The position numbers and the translations under genes were made by a program. A stretch of DNA of 64,000 nucleotides from a virus. Below the pieces are notes generated by a model. That model saw only the letters and a list, made by a program, of their open reading frames with translations, had not been told where the DNA came from and made no database searches. This document shows, one piece after another, positions 9,801 to 19,549 of this stretch; the first letter of the stretch is position 1; each line of letters opens with the position of its first letter. The stretch lies in IMG/VR virus record IMGVR_UViG_3300025425_001694. One strand, given 5' to 3'.

Positions 9801-11768
9801 GGCCTTCAAGGACAGGCAGGGTCGACGCAGGGTACCCAGGGCTCTATAGGACCGGGCGGTGGGACAACATTACCGATAGGTCAAGAAGGTGAAGTACTCT
9901 ATAATACTCAGGATGATACAAATAACGCAGCGTTTGATGATCTTGTAAATATAGAACCTATTATTGTAACGAGTGAAAGCGAAGCTGCAGCCTATTTTAC
10001 CGAACCCGGCCCATCGGCACCGACGCCACAGGAGATCTTTAACAATTGGTATAGGTTTTCACACAATTCAGGAACAAATTATCCAGCAAACGCGGCTGAA
10101 ACTGCTTCGTCGCAATGGCAGTTTGATGCCGGAACACAAGAAATCGTTGGGGTAACCAACACGGGCACTGCTGTTGGCTTTGTTTCGGATCTTGAGTATT
10201 CATACTATACCTTATCATACACTTTAAGAAGTGGCCAGTACGACAACGATACGATTGGTGTTGTTCTTGCGTATATAACAGAAGGAACTTTTGGGCAGGC
10301 AGGTTATAGAGAACACACACTAACAGCATTTAGAACTGGCGGCGGTACTCAAGGAGCGCGTACATGGGGTGTTTCATATAATATTCTGCAAAGCGATGAG
10401 CAGATTATTGCCGACGGATCTCCTGCGGTGCCAACGACCGGTGTTTGGCATTCACTTGGATCTACGATCGTTGACGTAGATAGGCAAGGCGATATAATAA
10501 CTGTAAAAACTTCTCCATTTGGTAGTGCATTATTGAGCCAAGCTTCAACTCTTACCATTGATCTAACTAGCAATCCAGTTCTCGAAAAGTTTAGAGGTCC
10601 AAAAGCTTACGGTTACATGGCTCATAGTCAAGGGGATGCGAGATTTAAAGGTGATTTTAGCGGTGTTTCATCCACAGACAATGTTGTTTATGATGTTGTA
10701 TCTGGTAAAGTTTACGGCTCACAAGTAACCCTGCCGTATTATAAAGAGTTAGTAGGAGCTGCGTCGTTTAATGACATTACAGAACCAGGCCGTTTCTATA
10801 ACAACCCAGATAACAAGATTACTACCTGGAGATCTTCCTTTGATGAGAATAATTATCTAATAGGGGGCAGTGGAAGTGGAGGTACACAGGGTACACAAGG
10901 AACTACCGGGGCAGGCAGCATTGATTGTGTAGATTGCTACTATGATGAACCAACAGATACAACTAATAGTGTGGCGTTTCACTCAAAACAATCCATGTAT
11001 TTGTTTATTGATGATAACAATAATGTGGGTGAAGATTCGAATTACTTTGGCTTCTATAATGACTTAGATCCTTATACTGACACGGTGAATAGGGATAATA
11101 CAATCTTTAGGATAGATCAAGACGGGTCTGTTAGAACAACGAATGCGATATACGCAACAACGAGCGGTATTAAGTTTCCTGTTGATGCGTATGGGGGGTC
11201 GGGTGATACCGCAATGATTGATTTAAGAACAGGTGGCGGAGAAGCTACTCAACTTACTCTTCAAGTGACAAACGACGCGGATGACGAAATACATTTTAGA
11301 GCTCCAACGGATAATGGTGTAAAAGTTAATGGATACACTGTATGGCACGAGGGAAATCATGACTGTAGTGGCGGCGGCGGCACTGGCCTTGCTTCAAGAG
11401 CCAATTTAACAACAACGACATCTTCATTAGCAAATGATGTAAGTGAAAACGTTGACTTAACTGGCTATAAAGGATATGTGGTCTACACAATCACAACTGA
11501 CCGGGCAGCTTGGGTTAGATTATATATCAATGCGGCGAGCAGAACGGCCGATGCAAGTAGAAACGAGCTTACAGACCCAGATCCAGATGCAGGCGTAATC
11601 CTAGAAGTTATAACAAATGGCGCTGAAACCGTTGTCATTTCACCGGGTGTATTTGGATATAATGGAGAAGCTCCAGCAACAACAACTATACCAATGAGAG
11701 TAACAAATAAATCAGGATCAACTAGCACAGTGCAGGTAGCAGTTACTGCGCTTCAATTAGAGGCATAA
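6894..11768 (+). CDS. giant collagen-like (Gly-X-Gln) fibre protein, 1624 aa
   Basis: about 900 aa of GXQ triplets broken by three homologous globular inserts, followed by a non-repetitive C-terminal region. Confidence 0.85.
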   Translation: MAFPTNPVNGDTYVVGSIVFTYNAATNVWVRSTSAVSAQGTQGTQGSGGTDGAQGFQGTDGRGFDGFQGTQGETGEGIQGLQGRRGIQGIQGFQGVQGIQGNQGMQGMQGIQGLQGNQGVQGMQGIQGVQGFQGIQGDQGVQGTGGLGSQGFQGTTGEQGVQGRAGYGNQGLQGIQGYTGDQGIQGTQGSQGNQGFQGIQGYLGIQGDQGVQGVQGIAVQGTTGAGFQGTVGQQGLQGVQGMQGFQGIQGTQGVQGLMGEQGLQGDQGLQGAFGPALNIIGAVSDVNANPPNDPNTLLNAGFPSAGVGETVIDEASNDLWAYTGGSVWINVGPIRGVQGFQGIQGAAIQGIQGMQGTQAAQGSQGVQGNLGTQGTQGTQGIQGMQGMQGMQGFQGIQGEQGVQGAIGIGTQGIQGRQGIQGFDGIQGIQGEQGIQGLQGGQGMQGFQGMQGIQGTQGIQGGGGQQGLQGSQGLQGFQGIQGKTGDPFRILGSIEDVNVNFPARTPEEIIREAFGPTLDGQPPTERPAIASPDLSDGIIDEELNEFWLWNGTEWINTGNIVGPHGIQGIQGRQGIQGIQGRQGIQGVQGIQGVQGIQGPVGQGLQGSQASQGIIGNRGFQGFQGIQGRQGSQGTQGMQGIQGVQGVQGNTGNPFRILGTIADVNQAPTFDPQVILETAFPDAVPGDAVIDELENDLWTFTPDDGGEWINVGNIVGPQGIQGIQGIQGMQGMQGIQGEQGTQGSQGVQGSYGRQGIQGTGNAGFQGITGDQGVQGIQGLRGPGQGVQGIQGEQGIQGIQGTLGIQGRQGIQGRQGLQGIQGRQGIQGMQGEQGIQGVQGMQGTQGRQGIQGRQGIQGVQGIQGIQGLQGIQGIQGLQGNQGVQGMQGIQGVQGFQGIQGRLGEQGTQGKTGAGTQGAQGRQGIRGDTGLQGIYGVQGSQGTQGSQGNQGFQGFQGFQGFQGFQGFQGLVGHGLQGQAGSTQGTQGSIGPGGGTTLPIGQEGEVLYNTQDDTNNAAFDDLVNIEPIIVTSESEAAAYFTEPGPSAPTPQEIFNNWYRFSHNSGTNYPANAAETASSQWQFDAGTQEIVGVTNTGTAVGFVSDLEYSYYTLSYTLRSGQYDNDTIGVVLAYITEGTFGQAGYREHTLTAFRTGGGTQGARTWGVSYNILQSDEQIIADGSPAVPTTGVWHSLGSTIVDVDRQGDIITVKTSPFGSALLSQASTLTIDLTSNPVLEKFRGPKAYGYMAHSQGDARFKGDFSGVSSTDNVVYDVVSGKVYGSQVTLPYYKELVGAASFNDITEPGRFYNNPDNKITTWRSSFDENNYLIGGSGSGGTQGTQGTTGAGSIDCVDCYYDEPTDTTNSVAFHSKQSMYLFIDDNNNVGEDSNYFGFYNDLDPYTDTVNRDNTIFRIDQDGSVRTTNAIYATTSGIKFPVDAYGGSGDTAMIDLRTGGGEATQLTLQVTNDADDEIHFRAPTDNGVKVNGYTVWHEGNHDCSGGGGTGLASRANLTTTTSSLANDVSENVDLTGYKGYVVYTITTDRAAWVRLYINAASRTADASRNELTDPDPDAGVILEVITNGAETVVISPGVFGYNGEAPATTTIPMRVTNKSGSTSTVQVAVTALQLEA

Positions 11769-11771
11769 CAA

Positions 11772-13484
11772 ATGTTAAGAGAATGGATCGTTACTCTTTA
11801 TAATCGTGAAGATCTGGACGATTTTTACGAAGATATGCAAACGCCAGGTGGAAATTTATATATTCCAGACAGAGCTGTTGATGTTGCCAAGCAAAGACCT
11901 ATAAGCAGAAATACTCACTACATGTTAACTGACGAAGAAGCAGAAACGATACGCCAAGACGAAAGAGTTTGGGGAGTTGAACTCCTTGAGCTTTTAGAAC
12001 TATCAACTCGGCCGGCTGGATATAAAATTGAAAATGGTTTGTTTGCTAAAGATTGGGGTGCAGGTGGGCCACCATACACTTCTGATACTGATATAAACTG
12101 GGGATTTTTAAGACAAACCGAATCTTCAAACAGATCTAACTGGGGAGATAACGGTACGTCAGTAATAACAGATGATGTAACAATAACCGCGTCTGGGAGG
12201 AATGTTGATGTAGTTATTTTTGATGGGCACATAGATCCAAATCACCCAGAATTTGCTGCCAACTCAGATGGCTCTGGCGGATCGAGAATTAATCAATATA
12301 ACTGGTTTCAAAATAACATAGGATTTGGAACTGGCACATACACTTATACACCGTATGTTGATTCTAGTAACGCTGGAAGAACTAGCGATAATGATCATGG
12401 TGTTCACGTGGGCGGAACCGTAGCGGGGAATACTCAAGGTTGGGCTCGAGACGCCAATATATACAATATAAGTATATATGGAACAAATCCAAGTTTTGGT
12501 ACTCTTGGTCTAGACTCTTCAACTTATTGGGATTACGTAAGAGCTTGGCATAATAATAAACCAATTAATCCAGTGACTGGAAGGAAAAATCCTACTGTTA
12601 CAAATCATAGTTACGGGTCAGCAATTACATACAATACCGGTTCTTTTGGGGCGGTGACTTCAGCAACTTTTCGTGGTGTAACGTACTCACCAGGAAGAGC
12701 ACTAACCGTCGCAGAGCTGCAAGCGCGAGGTTTCTTTACAAATGACACTTCACCCGGACCGATCCCATATTATTCTACATCAAGAACTTCAGATTTCGAA
12801 GATGCAATAAACGATGGCATAATTACGATGTCGGCCGCTGGCAATGAATCATGGAAAATAGTTAATTCATCAGACCAAGATTATAATAATTCGTTTCTTG
12901 CAGCATTTAACGGAAGTACTTTTTCATGGTGGTTACATCGTGGAAACGGTGGCGGTGCTGGCATCGCTCTTAATATAACTGTTGGCGCCGTTGGAATTAA
13001 TAAAGAAGATTATAAAGGTAATTTTAGTAATTGTGGTAGCCAAGTAGATATATTTGCCGCAGGTACTGCAATACAGAGTTCCCTTCATACCGCTTCCGGT
13101 ACTGCCGGATCATCTGTCTATGACGCAAGAAACAATGCTTACTACCTTGGAAAGTACCAAGGAACTAGTATGGCTACTCCTCAAGTGTGTGGCATGCTTG
13201 CATGCCTTGCTGAGCATTGGCCCAATATGACTCAGACAGAATCAATTCAGTGGCTCGTAGATTTTTGTAACGAAAATCAAATGGGTGATACAGGCGAAGA
13301 CGATCCCATGGAAGTTTTAAGTCTTCAAGGGGCGCCAAACAAGTTTGCTAGATGGGCAAATCAAAGACCGATAAATGGGGGAACGTTTCCAACAAGAAAC
13401 TTTAGGCCGCGAACGGTTGATGGAGATCCTGTTTATTATGGAAGAAGAGTTTATCCGCGACCAAGGATACGACGAAGAGGTTAA
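11772..13484 (+). CDS. subtilisin-like serine protease (peptidase S8)
   Basis: catalytic triad motifs DVVIFDG, HGVHVGGTVAG and GTSMATPQV; oxyanion motif AAGNE; N-terminal prodomain-like region. Confidence 0.9.
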   Translation: MLREWIVTLYNREDLDDFYEDMQTPGGNLYIPDRAVDVAKQRPISRNTHYMLTDEEAETIRQDERVWGVELLELLELSTRPAGYKIENGLFAKDWGAGGPPYTSDTDINWGFLRQTESSNRSNWGDNGTSVITDDVTITASGRNVDVVIFDGHIDPNHPEFAANSDGSGGSRINQYNWFQNNIGFGTGTYTYTPYVDSSNAGRTSDNDHGVHVGGTVAGNTQGWARDANIYNISIYGTNPSFGTLGLDSSTYWDYVRAWHNNKPINPVTGRKNPTVTNHSYGSAITYNTGSFGAVTSATFRGVTYSPGRALTVAELQARGFFTNDTSPGPIPYYSTSRTSDFEDAINDGIITMSAAGNESWKIVNSSDQDYNNSFLAAFNGSTFSWWLHRGNGGGAGIALNITVGAVGINKEDYKGNFSNCGSQVDIFAAGTAIQSSLHTASGTAGSSVYDARNNAYYLGKYQGTSMATPQVCGMLACLAEHWPNMTQTESIQWLVDFCNENQMGDTGEDDPMEVLSLQGAPNKFARWANQRPINGGTFPTRNFRPRTVDGDPVYYGRRVYPRPRIRRRG

Positions 13485-13487
13485 AAA

Positions 13488-13519
13488 CTATTGACATTTT
13501 TTTAATATTAGTATATATT
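13488..13519 (+). promoter_or_regulatory. early promoter
   Basis: CTA-TTGACA(13491)-N17-TATATT. Confidence 0.7.
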
Positions 13520-13544
13520 GGAACTAGTATTAAAGGAATCAAAA

Positions 13545-14213
13545 ATGTTTAATCATGTAGAGCACGGATTAGTGCTCCCAAAACTCACTCGCAAAACTAG
13601 TGAAACAGGCCGTAAGTATTTTACACCTGACGGTAATGCATATCCATCTATCACAACGGTATTAGGTATATTAAGCAAAGAAGGAATTCTAGCTTGGCGG
13701 GCCCGCGTTGGCGAAGAAGAAGCAAACAAAATTTCTCGTCAGGCCGCTGGGCGAGGAACAGCTGTTCACACACTAGCAGAAGATTACCTAAACAATAAAG
13801 AAGATTGGAAAGGCAAACACATGCCTGCCAACTTAAATACGTTTAATGACTTACGAAAAATAATGGATGGACGTATAGATAACGTATGGATGCAAGAAGA
13901 ATTCCTTTATAGTGATAAACTAAAATGTGCAGGACAGGTAGATTGTATTGCAGAATATGACAATGAATTATCAATTATAGATTTTAAGACATCTCGAAAA
14001 CCAAAGAAAGAAGAATGGATTCAGTCATACTTCATTCAAGCCTCGTTTTACGCGGCGGCTTTTCTCGAGCGCACCGGAATTCCAATCAAACAGGCCGCGA
14101 TCCTAATCGCGGTTGACGGATCAGAATCGCAAGTATTCAAAATTAATACGTTTGACTATCTTAAGCACTTTCTTGCGGTCCGTAAAAAATACAAAGAAAT
14201 AAAAGGAGTTTGA
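13545..14213 (+). CDS. PD-(D/E)xK exonuclease, conserved in T4-like phages
   Basis: YPSITTVL, RGTAVH, AGQVDCIAE, IIDFKTS, Q...YA; start taken at ATG 13545 behind AAGGA. Confidence 0.85.
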   Translation: MFNHVEHGLVLPKLTRKTSETGRKYFTPDGNAYPSITTVLGILSKEGILAWRARVGEEEANKISRQAAGRGTAVHTLAEDYLNNKEDWKGKHMPANLNTFNDLRKIMDGRIDNVWMQEEFLYSDKLKCAGQVDCIAEYDNELSIIDFKTSRKPKKEEWIQSYFIQASFYAAAFLERTGIPIKQAAILIAVDGSESQVFKINTFDYLKHFLAVRKKYKEIKGV

Positions 14214-14218
14214 GGTAA

Positions 14219-14260
14219 TTAACTATTGACATTTTGTTTAGAATCAGTTATATTGATATT
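14219..14260 (+). promoter_or_regulatory. early promoter cassette
   Basis: TTAACTA-TTGACA(14226)-TTTTGTTTAGAATCAGT-TATATT-GATATT. Confidence 0.8.
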
Positions 14261-14282
14261 AACAAATGAAAAGGAATAGATT

Positions 14283-14621
14283 ATGACAAAGTTCAACAAA
14301 GCAGACTTCAACTTCCACGGTGGATACCTTACATACACAGGAGAGTACTATGGTCGTCCAGTATATGAAGATGGTCCTAATGTTCACCCAACTCGTGTAG
14401 GAAAAGGTAAAGATCTTTTCATCGCTCGCTTCAAGCACAAGGGTCCGATCACTAAAGCAAAATTTCTTAAAGAACTTATTAAGAACCATGCTGTTGAGGA
14501 TTATGCAAATGCTTCCTTGTTTGGCATGGCTCCGGTAGCTATCCTTAAAGATAAGAACCCAGATTGGTATGAAAATATCATGACCAATTTTAGAACTCTT
14601 AGCCGCGTTGGATTAATGTAA
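14283..14621 (+). CDS. hypothetical early protein
   Basis: 112 aa; AAAAGGA SD behind a promoter cassette. Confidence 0.75.
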   Translation: MTKFNKADFNFHGGYLTYTGEYYGRPVYEDGPNVHPTRVGKGKDLFIARFKHKGPITKAKFLKELIKNHAVEDYANASLFGMAPVAILKDKNPDWYENIMTNFRTLSRVGLM

Positions 14622-14834
14622 ATGAAATATTTTAAATCTAAATATATTGGTACAGAAAACCACCTGTTTAATGGATTTTCATGGCCATACCGCAACTGCG
14701 AGGTTACAATGAGTCAAAAAGGATTTTCATGTACTTGCATGAAGAGAATGATATATAAATGCAATCATATCAAATCAGTAGAATTAGGAATTTTAGGAGT
14801 AGGACAGACACACTATGAACTTATTCATTCTTGA
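14622..14834 (+). CDS. small SWIM zinc-finger protein
   Basis: FSCTC...KCNHI (CxC-xn-CxH). Confidence 0.65.
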   Translation: MKYFKSKYIGTENHLFNGFSWPYRNCEVTMSQKGFSCTCMKRMIYKCNHIKSVELGILGVGQTHYELIHS

Positions 14835-15372
14835 TAAATCCCCAATTAAATCTGCACAATTGCAATGTGATAAGCATATTCTAAAAATGATTGTTGAATC
14901 TGCGCAGATGCTTTCTACGACCCACAGGATGCTAGACGGGGAGCTAGAACGTCGTCCATCAAAATCGGGTAGGACTATAGTTAAGTATTGGAAGCTTCCT
15001 GATAGGCGCGAAAACTTCTTCTACAAGGCTGTTCATATGTACCATCCGTGTACTGTATGGACTGCTGAATCTAATAATAACTATAACTGGCATTGGGTGC
15101 ATTTTTCTGCACTTTGTGATGAATATAAATATCGTTATGGAAAGATACATGCAACCGATAAATTACTTCGTGAAGAATTACGTTCCTTACCTAAGAACAT
15201 ACCGATTGGTTATTTAACATCACAGCCGTTGGCTATGAAGGCGTATCCTGAATGTATGGATCCAAATAATATAGTAGAATCATATAGAAAGTTTTATCAA
15301 ACAAAACAGCATCGTTTTAAAATGGTTTGGACTAAAAGAGAAATACCAGAATGGTTTGAGTTTGCTGCTTAG
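14815..15372 (+). CDS. pyrimidine-dimer DNA glycosylase / endonuclease V-family protein
   Basis: MNLFILD, CDKH..KMIVESAQMLST, HPCTVW, EY..RYGK.H, YR.FY...K motifs. Confidence 0.75.
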   Translation: MNLFILDKSPIKSAQLQCDKHILKMIVESAQMLSTTHRMLDGELERRPSKSGRTIVKYWKLPDRRENFFYKAVHMYHPCTVWTAESNNNYNWHWVHFSALCDEYKYRYGKIHATDKLLREELRSLPKNIPIGYLTSQPLAMKAYPECMDPNNIVESYRKFYQTKQHRFKMVWTKREIPEWFEFAA

Positions 15373-15393
15373 TATTATAGTAGGAGAAGATAA

Positions 15394-15699
15394 ATTTTAA
15401 TACGATATATAGTAGCTGAAGAGGAACTTGGCGTTTTTCTAGGTGCTTTTAAAAACCAAGGTGTTTTTGCAAAAACAGATATATTCGGTATATCAAAAGC
15501 TTTTAGCTTTAATTCTAAAGAAGATGCTAAAGAATTCATAAGTGATTACGCTGGTGATAATAACGGCAGTTGGTCAGTTATTGGAATAAAAACCAACAAC
15601 AAATACGTTGATGTTATTGATCTTATAAAAAACGGTCATTCAAAATATACTCATGGAATGATAGATTCCATGCACATGTATTCTACAGAGCTACACTAA
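15394..15699 (+). CDS. hypothetical protein with a non-ATG start (ATT 15394 or ATA 15400), not in ORF track
   Basis: 101 sense codons (..RYIVAEEELGVFLGAFKNQGVFAK..) fill the intergenic gap; AGGAG SD at 15382-15386; in-frame TAA just before. Confidence 0.6.
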   Translation: MLIRYIVAEEELGVFLGAFKNQGVFAKTDIFGISKAFSFNSKEDAKEFISDYAGDNNGSWSVIGIKTNNKYVDVIDLIKNGHSKYTHGMIDSMHMYSTELH

Positions 15700-15723
15700 T
15701 TTTTATATTTAATTTCATTTTAT

Positions 15724-15761
15724 CTATTGACATTTCGTTTAGAATCAGTTATATTGATATT
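15724..15761 (+). promoter_or_regulatory. early promoter cassette
   Basis: CTA-TTGACA(15727)-TTTCGTTTAGAATCAGT-TATATT-GATATT, near-identical to the cassette at 14219. Confidence 0.8.
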
Positions 15762-15782
15762 AACAGATGAAAAGGAATACAC

Positions 15783-15962
15783 ATGCAATCTTATACTATA
15801 AAAGCATACGTTTGGAAGAATGGAGCTGAAGAACTGGTTGAATGGGCGTCTGGATTTGGACACCGTCAAGCGGATCAATATTTTAAAGCTCTTCGTGCTA
15901 CCAAAGATTTTGCTAAAATTGAAATGACTATGATAGATAAAAATGAAATTAAATCAAATTAA
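15783..15962 (+). CDS. small hypothetical early protein (59 aa, not in ORF track)
   Basis: MQSYTIKAYVWKNGAEELVEW...; AAAAGGA SD; flanked by two promoter cassettes. Confidence 0.65.
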   Translation: MQSYTIKAYVWKNGAEELVEWASGFGHRQADQYFKALRATKDFAKIEMTMIDKNEIKSN

Positions 15963-15994
15963 CTATTGACATTTCGTTTAGAATCGGTTATATT
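15945..15994 (+). promoter_or_regulatory. early promoter cassette
   Basis: GAAATTAAATCAAATTAACTA-TTGACA(15966)-N17-TATATT. Confidence 0.8.
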
Positions 15995-16029
15995 AATTAT
16001 ATCAAAACAAACAAACTAGGAATTATATT

Positions 16030-16983
16030 ATGTCACATGAATTAGAAATGGTTAACGGCGAAGCACAAATGGCTTACCGCTCTTCTCAAGGTAAGCCTTG
16101 GCACGGTCTTGGTACACCAGTATCAGACGATATGTCTCCACAACAAATGATGCAAGCTGCTGGTTTAGATTGGGGTGTTGAAAAAGTTGACACGTTTATT
16201 CGTTATAACGGTGATAACGTTGCAACAGGCCAACAAGCATTGGTACGTGATACTGATGGGAAAATCTTAACACAAGTTGGCCAAGGCTGGAATCCTGTTC
16301 AAAACGCTGCGGCGTTTGAGTTCTTTAATGATTTTGTTTCCGCCGGCGACATGCAAATGGATACAGCTGGTTCTCTAAAGGATGGCCGTTTGGTTTGGGC
16401 TTTAGCTGATGTAAAAGATGGCTTTTCGTTGTTTAACGGTGACGAAGTAAAAGGCTACTTGCTATTTTCCAACCCTCACATTTACGGAAAATCTATTGAT
16501 ATTAAGTTTGTAATGGAACGTGTTGTTTGCAATAACACTTTGTCTGTTGCACTGAACGAGGCAGGTCAACCATCTGTCCGTGTCAATCATCGCTCAGTAT
16601 TTAATCCTGATAGCGTCAAGGAAATTCTTGGCTTGGGTCACAATAAGGTCGAAAAGTTTAAAGAAGCTGCGGAATTCCTTGGCTCAAAACGTTACACCGA
16701 CGATCAGCTTACTCAGTTCTTTGGAGTTGTTTTTGGCAAATCAACAAAAGAAAAAGAAACACTTGCTCGTAATGCTAAAGAAGCAATGGAAATCGTTGAA
16801 AACCAGCCAGGCGATCATTTTGTACCAGGTACTTGGTGGAATGCGTATAACGCGGTTACTTACATGACAGACCACAAGCTAGGTCGTTCAGCAGATACAC
16901 GAATGGCTTCTGCATGGTTTGGAGGTAACGCTAAGCGTAAGGTTGATGCGTTGGATTTGGCACTGTCTATGGCAGATGCATAA
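16030..16983 (+). CDS. DUF932 / phage-plasmid-like protein
   Basis: PWHGLG, AGLDW, PVQN..AF.FF, TAGSL..G..VW, RVVCNNTL, GTWWNAYNAVT..DH. Confidence 0.85.
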   Translation: MSHELEMVNGEAQMAYRSSQGKPWHGLGTPVSDDMSPQQMMQAAGLDWGVEKVDTFIRYNGDNVATGQQALVRDTDGKILTQVGQGWNPVQNAAAFEFFNDFVSAGDMQMDTAGSLKDGRLVWALADVKDGFSLFNGDEVKGYLLFSNPHIYGKSIDIKFVMERVVCNNTLSVALNEAGQPSVRVNHRSVFNPDSVKEILGLGHNKVEKFKEAAEFLGSKRYTDDQLTQFFGVVFGKSTKEKETLARNAKEAMEIVENQPGDHFVPGTWWNAYNAVTYMTDHKLGRSADTRMASAWFGGNAKRKVDALDLALSMADA

Positions 16984-17008
16984 ATTAAATTCTAAAAAAA
17001 TGGTTTTT

Positions 17009-17040
17009 CATGGAGTAGCCTCAAAGCTACTCCATGTTCT
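17009..17040 (+). terminator. hairpin / probable terminator
   Basis: CATGGAGTAGC-CTCAAA-GCTACTCCATG 11-bp perfect stem after DUF932; weak T-tail. Confidence 0.6.
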
Positions 17041-17132
17041 AATAAAACCGTCGTATGCTACATAATTTACGTTGAGCCTTTTAAATAAATATATTTTTAA
17101 ACCGGTTATTTGACATTAGTGAGAATTAATTT

Positions 17133-18332
17133 ATGGAATATTTAGAATACTTTAAAAACACAATTAAAGACTTTAGAGATGATGGTCGTTATAGAGTTTT
17201 TAACGATATATTGAGAGAAAGAGGCAAATTCCCACGTTCAGTGTGGTATGGTAAATATGCTCCTAAAAATATAATTAATTGGTGTTCTAATGACTATTTA
17301 GGTATGGGTCAAAATAAGCATGTTATTGATTCTATGCATACAGCGTTGAATCAAACGGGCGCTGGTTCTGGTGGTACACGAAATATCGGTGGGACTTCTC
17401 ATTATCACGTAACACTCGAAAGAGAATTGGCTTCTTTACACGACAGAGATGCATCGTTACTGTTCACTAGCGCATATGTAGCAAACGAATGGACACTCAT
17501 ATCACTTTCGCGTATCATACCTAATATATGTTTCATTTCAGATAATAAAAACCACGCTTCTTTAATCATGGGTATTAAACACTCAAGATCTGAAAAGAAA
17601 ATCTTTCAGCATAACAACATGGAAGATTTAGAAACACAGCTAAAACTTACAAAAAAAGAAAAATTAAATCCTGTAATTGTTTTTGAATCTGTCTATAGTA
17701 TGGACGGCGACATCGCACCAATAAAAGATATTGTTGCGTTGGCAAAAAAATACAATGCATTAACATATATTGATGAAGTACATGCTGTAGGACTATACGG
17801 CAAACGCGGTGGTGGATTATGCGAAGAGCTTAATTTGTGGGCAGACGATATTGACATTATTAACGGAACTCTTGGAAAAGCCTTCGGAGTTCAAGGAGGA
17901 TATATTGCTGCAAGTAAAGAGATTGTTGATGCTATTAGGTGTGTTGCTAGCGGGTTTATATTTACTACATCAACCAGTCCAGTCATTTGCGCCGGGGCCT
18001 TGGCATCCATCAGATATCTCCGTGACAATCATAGATTAAGAGTTCAACATCGAGAACGAGTTGCAAAATTAAAAGAAATGCTAGCTGATGCGAATATACC
18101 TATTCATCCAAATGCATGCACTCATATTATTCCAATTATGGTAAATGATGCATTTAAAACAAAAGAAGCAAGCGATAGACTTCTTAACGAATATGGCATA
18201 TACATCCAAGCAATTAACAGTCCTACGGTTGAAGCTGGTACCGAAAGATTGAGAGTTGCTCCAACTCCTTATCATACAGATGTTATGATGATGGAATTAG
18301 TAACAGCATTAAAAACTATATTAAACACATGA
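17133..18332 (+). CDS. hemA: 5-aminolevulinate synthase (PLP-dependent), auxiliary metabolic gene
   Basis: [74 protein letters not shown]. Confidence 0.93.
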   Translation: MEYLEYFKNTIKDFRDDGRYRVFNDILRERGKFPRSVWYGKYAPKNIINWCSNDYLGMGQNKHVIDSMHTALNQTGAGSGGTRNIGGTSHYHVTLERELASLHDRDASLLFTSAYVANEWTLISLSRIIPNICFISDNKNHASLIMGIKHSRSEKKIFQHNNMEDLETQLKLTKKEKLNPVIVFESVYSMDGDIAPIKDIVALAKKYNALTYIDEVHAVGLYGKRGGGLCEELNLWADDIDIINGTLGKAFGVQGGYIAASKEIVDAIRCVASGFIFTTSTSPVICAGALASIRYLRDNHRLRVQHRERVAKLKEMLADANIPIHPNACTHIIPIMVNDAFKTKEASDRLLNEYGIYIQAINSPTVEAGTERLRVAPTPYHTDVMMMELVTALKTILNT

Positions 18333-18709
18333 TAAACAAAAAGGGTGGTTCATTGTTTTCAAGTAACCCATATTCTGCTTCCATAAACGCGTTGTTACAA
18401 GCAACTGCTTTATTTGCTTCGTCACAAGGTGTAATCTGGGCAATGTATCCAATCATGGCAATGCTATGTTATATTGGATTTATGCAATCCATCGCCGCCG
18501 CTAGCCTATTTTCAGGCTTTATCGAAGGAAGCACTGAAAACGAAGATCCTAACTACAGCATTTCAATATTAGTAGCGATTTTATATTTAGTATCTTCTTA
18601 TCATGTATATACTCTAGGGTATGGCGTTATCGCCGGCATTATGTTTACACATGCTGTAATATTTTTAATTACGAATATACTTGGTGTCTTGAAAGAGTAT
18701 AAGGATTAG
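18329..18709 (+). CDS. hypothetical membrane protein
   Basis: 3-4 hydrophobic segments; overlaps the hemA stop. Confidence 0.6.
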   Translation: MINKKGGSLFSSNPYSASINALLQATALFASSQGVIWAMYPIMAMLCYIGFMQSIAAASLFSGFIEGSTENEDPNYSISILVAILYLVSSYHVYTLGYGVIAGIMFTHAVIFLITNILGVLKEYKD

Positions 18710-18711
18710 CA

Positions 18712-19146
18712 ATGAAAATATTAATCATGGGTCTACCAGGATCCGGTAAAACATGGCTAGCTGAAAGACTGCAAAAGCATCTAAGCTGCGCATGGTATAA
18801 TGCTGATGAAATTCGTAAAATGGCTAACGACTGGGAATTTACAGACTTAGCTCGGTTTCGTCAAGCAAATCGAATGGCTGTACTTGCAGACACGGAAGTA
18901 TTGTTTGATCGTGTAGTAATCTGCGATTTTGTCTGTCCTACGAATACCCTTAGAAATGTATTTAACGCGGACTATACTGTATGGATGGACACTATTAATA
19001 CAGGCCAATTTGAAGATACTAATAAAGTGTTCGAAAAACCAAACTTGTCTAGTGTAAATTATCACGTTTCAAGATGGTTTGATAACACTGATGAAACTTT
19101 AGCAGACGCTATTCATCGGCATATAAGGTTAGAACAGAATGTTTAA
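18712..19146 (+). CDS. adenylylsulfate-kinase-like P-loop kinase (short CysC-like)
   Basis: GLPGSGKT, NADEIR, DW.F...R.RQA.RM, VICDFVCP, FEKP. Confidence 0.7.
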   Translation: MKILIMGLPGSGKTWLAERLQKHLSCAWYNADEIRKMANDWEFTDLARFRQANRMAVLADTEVLFDRVVICDFVCPTNTLRNVFNADYTVWMDTINTGQFEDTNKVFEKPNLSSVNYHVSRWFDNTDETLADAIHRHIRLEQNV

Positions 19147-19549
19147 TTACCAAGCTCCAACTACTATGCTGCTTGGGCGGTGGCAACCTTGGCACAATGG
19201 ACATACAGAACTGTTCAGACGCGCGTTAGCCGAAACAGGCCAAGTATGTATTCAAGTACGAAACGTCAGTTTTATTTTAGGCGAAGATGCAGGTGGCGGC
19301 CGCACAGTAACACAGGACGATAATCCGTTTAGTTATGATTATGTAGTAGATAGCATTGAAGATGGATTGCATGATGCGGGTTTTACACGTGGCGTAGAAT
19401 ATATTATAATGCAAGTACCAAACATTGTCGATATTAGTTATGGTAGAGGTGTGGGATATACCTTGACAGAACACAACTTAGGTGATACAATACATAGTAT
19501 AAGCGCAACAAAAATTAGAAAACAAATGAGAGAAGAAGGAATATTATGA
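19139..19549 (+). CDS. HxGH-motif nucleotidyltransferase (cytidyltransferase-like)
   Basis: LGRWQPWHNGH, DNPF, YGRGVGY, ISATKIR. Confidence 0.8.
   Translation: MFNYQAPTTMLLGRWQPWHNGHTELFRRALAETGQVCIQVRNVSFILGEDAGGGRTVTQDDNPFSYDYVVDSIEDGLHDAGFTRGVEYIIMQVPNIVDISYGRGVGYTLTEHNLGDTIHSISATKIRKQMREEGIL

Noticed and set aside
6931-9849. Many alternative-frame ORFs (KVFKV.., TLNTL..) over the collagen genes, also at 41.7-42.8 and 58.2-59.9 kb
   Set aside because: Shadows of the 9-nt GGT-ATT-CAA periodicity, which lacks stops in other frames; no SD or independent signal
13545-14213. Cas4 / CRISPR adaptation gene
   Set aside because: PD-(D/E)xK nuclease without the four-Cys Fe-S pattern; this is the exonuclease commonly seen in T4-like genomes
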